Shown here in pieces: positions 38,773 through 48,729 of a DNA stretch of 64,000 nt (positions within the stretch are counted from its first letter, which is position 1; every line of letters begins with the position of its first letter). The stretch is taken from IMG/VR virus record IMGVR_UViG_3300029984_000001, positions 199,572 through 263,571 of that record. One strand, written 5' to 3'. The notes under the pieces are model-generated. The model was given only the letters and a program-made list of their open reading frames with translations, was not told the DNA's origin and ran no database searches. The translations under genes were made by a program, and so were the position numbers.

Positions 38773-39575
38773 ATGAAACAATTTATGAAAAGAGATAAAG
38801 AATTAAATAATGAAGTAATGGATGAAATACATAATAATTTTATAGCATATGATTTTACAAGACCACAAATAATTCAACCACAAAATATTAGTAATGGATA
38901 TGAAATGTGTCTGAATAATAGTTTCATTAATCTAGAAGTTACAGAAGAAGATATATTAGACAATAAAGAGATAAGAAAGAATATGTTAGATAGAACTTCT
39001 GTTCTCGATAAAATTAAAGGTTTAGTTTTAATATCTAAATTAAATTATTGTACACTAAGAATGGTGTCAGAGTATTTTGAGATAGACTATCACACATTAG
39101 ATAAATGTATTCAAAGAAATGAGGATGAATTTGATAATGGTTTGATTAAAAAGACTGGTAGAGAGATTATAGAATTGATAAATAATTCTGTTTCATCGGA
39201 CATTAAGTCCGTTCAAAAATCTAATAATGATATAAATACACATAGAGGTGTTTTACTTACGATAATGAAAATTTTAATAACAAATCCAACACCTTATTAA
39301 ATAAAAGAGTTATATTAAATATTGCTATGTTATTAAGAGATTCTGGAGTAGCTAAATATATAAGAAAAATGTTATTAGATAATACAGAAAATTGTCAATA
39401 TAATAATTTATTACCTCAGGAATATTCTAATGAATTGATAGAAAGTATACAAATAATTAAAGCTGGATTAAGAATGAATAGAACTTTATCTGATATTGAA
39501 ATTGCTTATAAAAATGGTATAATAGATCAAAAAGAATATGTTTTATTAAAACAAGATCAAAATACTATTATTTAA
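38773..39575 (+). pseudogene. Frameshifted antirepressor-like DNA-binding protein
   Basis: VLDKIKGL...TLRMVSEYFEI...IQRNEDEF; the -1 frame after about 39247 continues KRVILNIAMLLRDSGVAKYIR. Confidence 0.7.
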
Positions 39576-39676
39576 ATAAAAATAATAAGAGAGATTAATT
39601 TATCTTTCTTTTAATATATTACTTTTAAATTAACTTAAATATTGTATATAAAATAAAAGAACGGGGGATATTAAAA

Positions 39677-41068
39677 ATGGGAATTTTATGTGATCAAGAA
39701 ATAATAAAAGCTGTGGAAAAAGGATATATATATATTGAAGGGTTCAATCCAAACAGAGAATATGATGGTAAAGGAGGATATAACGGTAGACTTGGACCTA
39801 ATAGCTATGATTTAAGTTTAAATGAAAAAATATTAATATATACAGATATTCCATTAGATATGAAAAAGAAAAATGAAACTAAAGAATTATTTATTCCAAA
39901 GGAAGGTCTAATATTATATCCAGGTAAATTATATTTAGCTATGACAAATGAATATACAAAGACTGATAATTATGTACCTATAATAGAGGGTAGGTCATCT
40001 GGTGCAAGACTAGGTATTCAAGTACATTCAGCTGGATTTGGAGATAATGGCTTCAGTGGCAGATGGACATTAGAGATAACTGTGGCTCACCCAGTAAGAA
40101 TATATGCAGGTGTCAATATATGTCAAATATATTTTCAAACACTTAAAGGAAAATCTAACAATAAGTATAATGGAAAGTATAATGACTCTAAAGATGTATT
40201 GGCTACTAAAATGTATGATGATGAGATATTTCAAACTGTTAAAGATCTAAATAGAGTATCAGTATCAGATAAAAGCATTTCATCTATGTTACGAAAAGAT
40301 GATTGTCCTAAAAAATTTGATACAACAGATAATGATAATTTTTCTATAGACTTTAGTATAAAAGGTGAGGGTGCAATATCCAAATTCATGGAACAATATA
40401 AATCCGAAATGATACAAGGATTTATAGATAATGAAAAACATAATAAATTATTAAAAGACCAAAAGAAAAAAGAACCTATTAAGTCAAATCCTTTAGGTTT
40501 CGAAACATTCTTTTATGGTGTAACACAAAAACCTAAATGGTTTAAAGCTGTTACAAATGTTAAAACTACAAAAGAAATAGAAGATGAATGGGTTGATAAA
40601 AGTGATAAACCTTTTGCAAATATTAGTAAAAGACTTAGTGATATAATTTCAAATCTAGAGACATCGATTAATGAATCTAATGCTCCTGTATCTTATAGAT
40701 TACAAGATCATGATACATCTATAATGGAATTTGTAGAACCAACAGGTGATATATTACCATTCATACTTGAAGCTGCTGGAGTGAATCGATTATTTATACA
40801 AGAGTTAGCCCAACAAGATGATAAAAAACAAATAAAAGAAATCAAAGATATGATACATGAAAATATAGAAAGATATAAAGCTTATGGTACAACTAAATTT
40901 GATGTAAAAGATTTGTTAACAGGGAAAGACATAGTTCTTGATATTTCCAATATTACATATAAAGATATAACTATATTATTGACAAACAATCAAACATTTG
41001 TAATTCAATTTACTGATGATAATATAACTGTAAGTCTAAAAGATTTTCTATTATCAATAGTTGGTTGA
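39677..41068 (+). CDS. dcd: dCTP deaminase with long C-terminal extension
   Basis: GPNSYDL, EGRSSGARLG, GFGDNGFSGRWTLE, ICQIYF, YNGKY. Confidence 0.9.
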   Translation: MGILCDQEIIKAVEKGYIYIEGFNPNREYDGKGGYNGRLGPNSYDLSLNEKILIYTDIPLDMKKKNETKELFIPKEGLILYPGKLYLAMTNEYTKTDNYVPIIEGRSSGARLGIQVHSAGFGDNGFSGRWTLEITVAHPVRIYAGVNICQIYFQTLKGKSNNKYNGKYNDSKDVLATKMYDDEIFQTVKDLNRVSVSDKSISSMLRKDDCPKKFDTTDNDNFSIDFSIKGEGAISKFMEQYKSEMIQGFIDNEKHNKLLKDQKKKEPIKSNPLGFETFFYGVTQKPKWFKAVTNVKTTKEIEDEWVDKSDKPFANISKRLSDIISNLETSINESNAPVSYRLQDHDTSIMEFVEPTGDILPFILEAAGVNRLFIQELAQQDDKKQIKEIKDMIHENIERYKAYGTTKFDVKDLLTGKDIVLDISNITYKDITILLTNNQTFVIQFTDDNITVSLKDFLLSIVG

Positions 41069-41090
41069 ATTAAAAGGGGGATAAACATAA

Positions 41091-42038
41091 ATGCAAATTT
41101 ATAATGGAGATAAATTCTATTACAAGCATTCTAATAAAGATGAATTAAATTTTAGAGTAGTTAGAATTAAAAATGAAAATACTTTTAATTGTCTAAGAAA
41201 TGATGGTAATTTAATAAAGATAAGTAGACAAGATTTAGAAGATAATTATATCAGAATAACACCACATGGTACTTTATTTATATCTATTGTAGATATGGGA
41301 GATAGACTACAAGATGTTATTCTATCTTTATTTAGAATGCAAGACTTTAAAGAAAAAGCAAATACAGAACCTTGGTGTGTGTGTAGACAACATATATCTG
41401 ACATATTCTCTGAGACTATGAATAACAATCCTTATCTTAAATATTCAGGAGTTTCTTTATCTCATAATACAATACCAGAAGGTCAAGAATTTCAAGAAGT
41501 ATTAGCATGTAATGGTATTTTGGATACTAAAAAATATAGTGTATACTTAGATGATACTATGGAAGATATCTTATATCTAGTGGATAAAAAATATAGAGTA
41601 AGATTAGATGATGTATTAGGAAATCTATATTCTAAAATGAATGATGATTTTCATACTGGGTATAATGAAACTTTAGTAGACTTGATTGATAATAATGATT
41701 TTGTGTTTGATTATCTAGAAGCATGGGGAATTCAAAGAGTTTCATTTAAGGTTACTGAATTTCCAACTGAAGAATTATTACCTAATCATAGATTTGAGGT
41801 TGAAGGTATTACTTCTTGTGAAATGTTAAAAACATATGTAGTACCTTTTGATTATAAAATAAATATAAGTCAAATAAAAAGAAGTCACCAATTTATATGT
41901 GATGTAGAAAATAAGATATATATAATTGCATATGATAAAGGAGAACATCTAACAGAGTCCTTTAAATCTGCTATAAAAAGAAACAATGATATTTATAGTG
42001 TATTAAAGAAGGTTAAAGAAAATAATAAAAAACAATAG
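41091..42038 (+). CDS. Hypothetical protein
   Basis: 315-aa ORF, SD aaggggg. Confidence 0.75.
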   Translation: MQIYNGDKFYYKHSNKDELNFRVVRIKNENTFNCLRNDGNLIKISRQDLEDNYIRITPHGTLFISIVDMGDRLQDVILSLFRMQDFKEKANTEPWCVCRQHISDIFSETMNNNPYLKYSGVSLSHNTIPEGQEFQEVLACNGILDTKKYSVYLDDTMEDILYLVDKKYRVRLDDVLGNLYSKMNDDFHTGYNETLVDLIDNNDFVFDYLEAWGIQRVSFKVTEFPTEELLPNHRFEVEGITSCEMLKTYVVPFDYKINISQIKRSHQFICDVENKIYIIAYDKGEHLTESFKSAIKRNNDIYSVLKKVKENNKKQ

Positions 42039-42055
42039 ACCAAACTATAATATAA

Positions 42056-42074
42056 TTGTATATTATATACATGA
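42056..42074 (+). promoter_or_regulatory. Early-type promoter
   Basis: ttgtatattata taca tga. Confidence 0.65.
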
Positions 42075-42143
42075 AACAAAATAAAAATATATGTGATTAT
42101 TTTATATTAGTTGATAATATAAAATAAGGAAGGAGTTATTAAA

Positions 42144-43010
42144 ATGGATGGATTTACAGGTGTACAAGGAATGCAATCAGCAAAGTCAATGATCGAAAAT
42201 TATGAAAACACAAAGTTGGGGTTTGCTCCTAAAGGTGGAACTCAAGCAGGTCAAGGACAACAATCAAGTAGAGATAAATTTAGCTTTACTTTTGAAAAGG
42301 AAGAATTTATCGGTACTCAAGAAACTTCTATTACAACTACAATTGCTTTAGGTCAAAAGATTAGTAACTATTTAGGAAAAGTATTTTCAGATTTAGCAGG
42401 TGCTATAATTGTTCCAGATCAACATGGTTTACCAGAATTAGTATTATACTTTAGAGATGTTCCTGCAAGAGAAGGTAGAAAGAAAGGTATTATACTATTA
42501 AAAGATAAATTAAATGAAGGAGCTAATAACAATTATTCAGCAGGTGCTCAACAATTAATGACAATGAGTACACTTTATAAAACTAATAGAGTTTACGATC
42601 TAACAGAAGATGCTAGAGATGGATTAACTAGATTCATGTTTAAAGATGGAAATAACAACATCAACTGGAATCAAAGAATCACTGAACAATATGCAAATGG
42701 TGTTAATGGTGAAATATTAGTTAAACTAAGAGGTTTAAACTTGGTAGAGTTTGCTAAAGCGATATTCGGATATAAATACCAAACAGAACTTAATGGTGAA
42801 AAAATTATGAATTACTATGATTATGCAATCAATCTTATTTCACCAATATCAACACCTTATACAATGAATGTCTATAATAATGGAAGTAGCTTAACTGATT
42901 ATGCTATATCTATTGCAAGGATAGATAAAACTGAATTAGATAAGGTAGCTAAGATATTTGGACAACCAACAACATATGGTACTACACCAATGTGTGCACC
43001 ACAAGACTAA
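42144..43010 (+). CDS. Hypothetical early protein (monocistronic)
   Basis: Own promoter, strong SD, terminator at about 43041-43072. Confidence 0.75.
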   Translation: MDGFTGVQGMQSAKSMIENYENTKLGFAPKGGTQAGQGQQSSRDKFSFTFEKEEFIGTQETSITTTIALGQKISNYLGKVFSDLAGAIIVPDQHGLPELVLYFRDVPAREGRKKGIILLKDKLNEGANNNYSAGAQQLMTMSTLYKTNRVYDLTEDARDGLTRFMFKDGNNNINWNQRITEQYANGVNGEILVKLRGLNLVEFAKAIFGYKYQTELNGEKIMNYYDYAINLISPISTPYTMNVYNNGSSLTDYAISIARIDKTELDKVAKIFGQPTTYGTTPMCAPQD

Positions 43011-43096
43011 ATATAATAATTTAAAATAATATATAACTACATAAGGGGGATTAGGTTCTCCCTTATTTTTTATATTAAAATTAGGAGGAAATTAAT

Positions 43097-43504
43097 ATGG
43101 CTTTTAAAGGTGATTATAGTTTTAAACTAGGACAATTAAACGAGGTATTGGAAGAAAAGAATAATACATTCAAAGCATTAAGAACAATATCACATAATGG
43201 GAAAGCAGAGGTTCTTGATATTAGAACATGGTATATAAATGGAGAGGGACAAGAAATAATGGGTAAAGGTATTTCATTATCAGATGAAGGTGCTGATAAT
43301 CTTGCAGTATTCATGGTAAGAGAAAAATATGGTGATACTAAAGAAATAATAGAAGGATTAAAAACTAGAGAAGATTTTATTCCATCATTAACTGCTGTAC
43401 TTACTCATCAAGAATTAGAATCAGTAGGAGTAGATATATCTAAAGTAGATCCATCAGAGTTCTATGATCCTATAACTGATTTCGATTTAGAGGAGGCTGT
43501 ATAA
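43097..43504 (+). CDS. PC4/YdbC-family ssDNA-binding protein
   Basis: ISHNGKAEVLDIRTW...MGKGISLSDE. Confidence 0.8.
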   Translation: MAFKGDYSFKLGQLNEVLEEKNNTFKALRTISHNGKAEVLDIRTWYINGEGQEIMGKGISLSDEGADNLAVFMVREKYGDTKEIIEGLKTREDFIPSLTAVLTHQELESVGVDISKVDPSEFYDPITDFDLEEAV

Positions 43505-43506
43505 TA

Positions 43507-43875
43507 TTGATAAAATTTGAATATAATGGATCGTTCGAAGAAGATTCAATAATTGTTAGAGATATAGAATATGATGAAAATAATAATGAAATAAAAAGAA
43601 AAAAACTATATGAGATTAAAGTGGGTAGATTAGATATATATGGAATCTCAGTAACATGGATTCATCCAACTAGAGATAATACTTCTAGTGGATGTAATAT
43701 AAACTCATATAAAGGTTATATAGATTTTGTTAGAGATATAATTATGTCTAAGGGAAATGGTATGGTAAAATTTTTATCTCACGATATTCATATGGAAATT
43801 GTGCCCGATTTATTTAAATATATCCTACAAAACTTAAATATTACAAGTTCTAATATAATAAAAGGGGATTATTAA
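43507..43875 (+). CDS. Hypothetical protein, paralog B1
   Basis: FEY...LYEIKV...YIDF...IHMEIVPDLFKYIL. Confidence 0.7.
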   Translation: MIKFEYNGSFEEDSIIVRDIEYDENNNEIKRKKLYEIKVGRLDIYGISVTWIHPTRDNTSSGCNINSYKGYIDFVRDIIMSKGNGMVKFLSHDIHMEIVPDLFKYILQNLNITSSNIIKGDY

Positions 43876-43876
43876 T

Positions 43877-44335
43877 ATGGAAGAATTAGAATTGGATTTC
43901 GAATTTAAAGGAATAAATATGACACAATTTGAATATGACCTTAACAGAAAAAAGGATATTATAATTGCTAATTATATAGAATATAATAATGGATTATGTA
44001 TAAAATACTATCAGTTATATAAAATTGTTATTGAAAAAATAGATAAACGTATAGATATATCATACTATCATAAAGATAATAAAAAATGGAATATAAGTAC
44101 AGGTGTAGGATGTATGCAAAATTATATTGATTTTTCTAATAATATTTTAAATAATATAAATAAAGATAATAAAACTAAATTCTGTAATAGTTATGATACA
44201 CTTATACATATAGAACTATTACCAGAATTATTGAAATCTATCTTAGGAAAATTAAATGACTTATTATATTTTGATAAGGGTGATAAAAATGAGCAAAGTG
44301 TTAATGAACCAATTGATCAACTCGTATCTAATTAG
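43877..44335 (+). CDS. Hypothetical protein, paralog B2
   Basis: FEY...LYKIVI...YIDF...IHIELLPELLKSIL. Confidence 0.7.
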   Translation: MEELELDFEFKGINMTQFEYDLNRKKDIIIANYIEYNNGLCIKYYQLYKIVIEKIDKRIDISYYHKDNKKWNISTGVGCMQNYIDFSNNILNNINKDNKTKFCNSYDTLIHIELLPELLKSILGKLNDLLYFDKGDKNEQSVNEPIDQLVSN

Positions 44336-45350
44336 ATATGATAAATTAGTTCCGTTAGTAAGAGAAGCATTTAAATTTTGTAATAATGCAACAGAACTAA
44401 ATATATACATAGACATATATTCTATAGTAAAGTCTTTATATAAAATTGATTATGAAATGAAAGAGTACTCAACTTTGTCTTCATGTGTAATAAACATGTG
44501 TGCACATTATAGAGATTTCTTTAGAAATGCTAAAATAAAAACTAATTTCTATCTCGTATACTCTAAGAATTGTCCATACATAAATAATCAGTTCTATAAA
44601 AACTATAACTTTACTTCACAAGCAAATTTTAACGCAGATAAATCTATTGATGATATGATTCAATTCAATATAGATTTAATGGAATTATTCTGCAAATACT
44701 TAGATGATATTTATTTCATCAAAGGTACATTCGAAACAGGTGTTATAATACACGATTTAATATTAAGGAATCAAAAAGATAAAAAGAGAATTCCAAATTT
44801 AATATTAACAAAAGATATTTACAATTATCAACTAGTAACAAATAATGATACAGTAATATTCAGACCCAAGAAAACAAGTAATGGGGATGAATCATATTAC
44901 GTAGATCATTATAATCTTATGAATAGATACTTAGCAGATAGGAATACAAAGCAACAAACATTAACTCTTCTACCAGAGACATTGTCATTATTAATGACTT
45001 TATCATCTGTAAAAGAAAGAGGAATAAAAATGTTATGCAATGTAACTACTGCTATGTCTACCATACAGAGAGCTATTGATAATTATAAAATCCTGAATGG
45101 ATATAATAGTGATACAACAATCATTTGGAATGGAATTGATAATGATAAATTAAAAATATCAGAAATTGAATTCTCCAATAGATTTAAAGCTATAGATATA
45201 CCATATCAGCATCAAATATATTATAATACACCTGAATGTAAAAATATAGAACAATTCTTAGTAAATCTATCAGATCCTAAAACTATGAAAGCTATTAATG
45301 CAGAATACTTTATACATAATCAATTAGACTTTGATAGACTGTCTAATTAA
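44289..45350 (+). CDS. Putative 5'-3' exonuclease/flap endonuclease (PIN/FEN fold)
   Basis: IYIDIYS, FYLVYS, FETGVII, LILTKDIYNYQL. Confidence 0.55.
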   Translation: MSKVLMNQLINSYLIRYDKLVPLVREAFKFCNNATELNIYIDIYSIVKSLYKIDYEMKEYSTLSSCVINMCAHYRDFFRNAKIKTNFYLVYSKNCPYINNQFYKNYNFTSQANFNADKSIDDMIQFNIDLMELFCKYLDDIYFIKGTFETGVIIHDLILRNQKDKKRIPNLILTKDIYNYQLVTNNDTVIFRPKKTSNGDESYYVDHYNLMNRYLADRNTKQQTLTLLPETLSLLMTLSSVKERGIKMLCNVTTAMSTIQRAIDNYKILNGYNSDTTIIWNGIDNDKLKISEIEFSNRFKAIDIPYQHQIYYNTPECKNIEQFLVNLSDPKTMKAINAEYFIHNQLDFDRLSN

Positions 45351-45357
45351 AAATTAT

Positions 45358-45388
45358 AGGTAAGGAGAAATCCTTACCTATTTTATTT
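45358..45388 (+). repeat. 31-bp direct repeat copy 1 (terminator hairpin)
   Basis: aggtaaggagaaatccttacctattttattt. Confidence 0.9.
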
Positions 45389-45407
45389 ACAAATTTAAGG
45401 AGGGAAT

Positions 45408-46054
45408 ATGTCATTATTAGAATTATTAAAAGATAGAGATAAATTCCTAAAGAAAAATATAGTAATATTATGGCAAATTTAATTGATTATACGTTATATG
45501 ATATAATGGAATCTATAGAATATATATTTAGAATTCCTAATAATGAAGACGAATATTTATTATTTATATTTGGAAAATCTATAAATATTCATTGGAAGGT
45601 GAATAAAGAATATATTGAACCTTATGATAAAAATAGTAAGGTGTTTCAATATATAATTTCAGATTTACAAGGGTACACCCTTTTCTATATAACTTTTTAC
45701 GATAAAGCATCTATTAAATATCTTGAAGAATCTGATATAAGATTTGGATTTGATGATATAAGAATACGTAGAGGATTTCTTTTCCATAAAGTTATTCAAG
45801 ATGTGTTATTGTTATATCATGAAAATATAATGTCTACTGGAAGATTAAGTATTAAACCTTTTAATTTCGTTTTCTATTATCCAAGATTTATGATAGACAA
45901 GTTTAATTCTCTAAATCATCGTTTTGATAAAATTTTACCTAGATATGGATTTAAAAAGAAATTCTTAATAAAAGATTTACCTAATAAAAAGATGAAAGTG
46001 AGAAAATTGTCAGACAAACAACATAGAAATTTAATAAGTATATTATTAAGATAA
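45408..46054 (+). pseudogene. Frameshifted hypothetical gene
   Basis: SD aaggaggg plus ATG at 45408; one A missing near 45441 would join MSLLELLKDRDK to IPKEKYSNIMANL. Confidence 0.6.
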
Positions 46055-46068
46055 AGGGGGTTTTTATA

Positions 46069-46295
46069 ATGGCTGTTGGAAAGATAAAGAAAGAGTTATA
46101 ATAACTTTTGAAAAAGTTATAAATGAAATAATCACATTATTTGGAGAACAAGATAATAGAGGTCGTTCTAATTATGTAAACAATCTTGTTAAAAAAGATT
46201 TAAAAAATAAAGGAATTAATTTACATAAATTAAAAACAGATGAAAATTATAAAAATGAAATTATAGAGAAAATTTTAAATTGTGAGATAGAATAA
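46069..46295 (+). pseudogene. Frameshifted ribbon-helix-helix (CopG/Arc-like) regulator
   Basis: MAVG + KDKERVIITFEK...DNRGRSNYVNNLVKK, requiring one extra A near 46081. Confidence 0.65.
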
Positions 46296-46307
46296 AACAT
46301 TAAGGTA
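46296..46307 (+). promoter_or_regulatory. Late promoter AACA-N6-TA
   Basis: aaca ttaagg ta, overlapping repeat copy 2. Confidence 0.65.
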
Positions 46308-46333
46308 AGGAGAAATCCTTACCTATTTTATTT
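46303..46333 (+). repeat. 31-bp direct repeat copy 2 (terminator hairpin)
   Basis: Identical to 45358..45388. Confidence 0.9.
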
Positions 46334-46353
46334 TTTATAAAGGAGGATTTATA

Positions 46354-47532
46354 ATGGGTGTTTCTACAAATAAATATAGACACAAGATTAAATTTATTTA
46401 TAATCAAGATGGACAAATTAAGGAATTTAATAAAGATAGTATTACTAATCTTATCATAAATTATGATTATGATAAATATAATATGCCTATTATGTACATA
46501 AAGATATCATTAGAAAAATCATTGATAGATTATATGATAAAAAATAAGAATGATAAATATATAGGAATATATGTAGATAGTTTTATTTATGGAGATAATC
46601 TACAGATATCTACAGGTCATATTAAAGATCAATTCATCTATTTCATGGATGAGAATTTAAATGATGTTTCTGTATTGGATTATAATAAAGAAAATACAGA
46701 CTCTACAAATCAGAAGCTTGTGACTATCGGATTGATGAAATTAAGTAATATTGATAATAATAAGAAGGTCGTCAGTGGTATACATCACAATACGTCTTTA
46801 CTAGAAATTTTACTTTCTAATCTCACCCATATGAAGCTCTTAATGGAGCCTATGTCAAATGATACCGAGATAAATAGCTTTTTTATACCAGTTTATAATA
46901 GTATAGTTAAATTTTTAGAATATGTAAATAATCAGTACTCTATTTATAATACAGACTATAGATTCTTTATAGATTATGATAAAACTTATCTTTTAAGCAA
47001 TTCAGGAATTCCTGTTCCTTCTATAGATGAGAAATATAATAGAATAATATTTGATGTAAGTGATTTGACTTCTAATAATTCTAAGATAGAAGGAATGAGT
47101 ATAGATGATGATGCTCAATGTTATCTAATTCATATAACCAATAATGATATAAGTATGTTTCAAAATAAGAGTGTAATTAAAGCTACTAATACTATTATAG
47201 GTATTGATACAGAAGGTAATACTAGCACAGTATCATTAGATAATAATAGTACAATTGATACTAAGAATAAGGTTCAAATAATAAGAACTACTAACCTTAA
47301 TAATATTAATAAAATAAAAAATAATATAGAAACATCTTCTACTATAGTAAATATAATAAAATCTGAAATAGATAGTTCTATATTTACTATTAATAAAGAA
47401 TATATAATAAGAAATCATTCTGATACTAGAATAAATGGGAATTATTTACTTATAAGTAGAAAAGAAATTTATACTAGAAAAGATGATGCTTTTGTAATAT
47501 CATGTGTATTTTCTTTACGTAAAATATCCTAG
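46354..47532 (+). CDS. Putative baseplate hub protein (gp27-like)
   Basis: Late promoter; beta-rich; C-terminal NGNYLLISRKEIY pattern. Confidence 0.5.
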   Translation: MGVSTNKYRHKIKFIYNQDGQIKEFNKDSITNLIINYDYDKYNMPIMYIKISLEKSLIDYMIKNKNDKYIGIYVDSFIYGDNLQISTGHIKDQFIYFMDENLNDVSVLDYNKENTDSTNQKLVTIGLMKLSNIDNNKKVVSGIHHNTSLLEILLSNLTHMKLLMEPMSNDTEINSFFIPVYNSIVKFLEYVNNQYSIYNTDYRFFIDYDKTYLLSNSGIPVPSIDEKYNRIIFDVSDLTSNNSKIEGMSIDDDAQCYLIHITNNDISMFQNKSVIKATNTIIGIDTEGNTSTVSLDNNSTIDTKNKVQIIRTTNLNNINKIKNNIETSSTIVNIIKSEIDSSIFTINKEYIIRNHSDTRINGNYLLISRKEIYTRKDDAFVISCVFSLRKIS

Positions 47533-47555
47533 TGCATAATAGCACTAGGACTTTT

Positions 47556-48728
47556 TTATAATCCACTTGTATCTATTTTAGAATTATCAGTCCCTTGAAC
47601 TGTTGCTTTATCTTCAGGTTTAGTTGTAGAAGTATCACTCTTACCAACATGATCTTTTACATGTGATCTTATAATTTGCATATAAGCTTTATACATCTCT
47701 TCACATACTTGACATTTAGCAGTCATTAATTCACCGACAACTTTAATGTATATTTTAATCTTATCGACAGATTTATCACTACCACCTGCATTGTCAATTT
47801 GAGTTTGATCAACCTCTTTATTTGCAGTTCCTTGTTGATTTATAACAGCTTTATTAGGATCTGAAGTATTAGATACACCAGCTTGAGATGGTGTTTGATT
47901 AACAGTTGCTTGTTCTGGTGCTTTTATATCCACTTCATTTATTACAGTATTTTCATATAAATACGATTTATAACTCCCATAGGCAAAGAAATCAAAACTT
48001 TCTTTTGTAGCTCCTGTTGGTACTGGAGCCACTGGTTCTTGAGTTTTTGCTTCTCTGCTCATTTGTTCTATTCTTTTTTGTACATCATCAGCAGCTACTT
48101 TTATATTCTTTTTATCTGTATCAAATTTCTTAGCAATAGCTTCATAATTAACACAGAAGTTATAAGCATCTGTCATATTAAATTTAGAACTTTCTATTGC
48201 TAATTCGGAATCAGATCCTCTAAATAAAATCTTAACAGCTTCTTCAAAATTTATATCACCATTCTTCTTTTGAATAGCTTCTACTTTTTTAAAGTATTTA
48301 GTTACAAAAATTTCTTCCGATTCTAAATCTTTTTCTAAAGAACTAAAGTTAAATGCAGGAGCATATGTACCTAATAAATCGGGCTGACCAACTTGATAGT
48401 TATACATTGTGAAAGTATAATTCTGTAAGAATGTTTTCTTTAATATAATATCTTTATATTTAATAAGATAATTCTTATCTCTCTTAATCAAAGCACTCAT
48501 AGCTTCTATGAACCTTCCCCATATACGAGTTAAGGCTGCTATAATCTTAGCAATAGCTCCTTTTACCTTTTCTGCTACACCTTCTGTTACTACAAACATA
48601 TTATTCAATGTATTCTTCTCTTGTGCAGTTAGAACAGATTCTTGTATAGCAGCAATTAGATTAGTTTTATTAATTGTACTCTCTGATAAATATATAACGT
48701 AATTCCATTCATCACAATAATTATCCAT
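47556..48728 (-). CDS. Internal head protein paralog 5
   Basis: VTE|GVAEKVKGAIAKIIAALTRIWGRF...RDKNYLIKY. Confidence 0.7.
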   Translation of the reverse strand: MDNYCDEWNYVIYLSESTINKTNLIAAIQESVLTAQEKNTLNNMFVVTEGVAEKVKGAIAKIIAALTRIWGRFIEAMSALIKRDKNYLIKYKDIILKKTFLQNYTFTMYNYQVGQPDLLGTYAPAFNFSSLEKDLESEEIFVTKYFKKVEAIQKKNGDINFEEAVKILFRGSDSELAIESSKFNMTDAYNFCVNYEAIAKKFDTDKKNIKVAADDVQKRIEQMSREAKTQEPVAPVPTGATKESFDFFAYGSYKSYLYENTVINEVDIKAPEQATVNQTPSQAGVSNTSDPNKAVINQQGTANKEVDQTQIDNAGGSDKSVDKIKIYIKVVGELMTAKCQVCEEMYKAYMQIIRSHVKDHVGKSDTSTTKPEDKATVQGTDNSKIDTSGL

Positions 48729-48729
48729 A

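Noticed and set aside
42144-43010. Possible phage-nucleus shell (chimallin) or tubulin gene
   Set aside because: Too short for chimallin and lacks the tubulin GGGTG motif; no evidence for a nucleus system in this window
39241-46090. Programmed -1 ribosomal frameshifting at the broken genes
   Set aside because: No clear X XXY YYZ slippery heptamer with downstream structure at the inferred shift points
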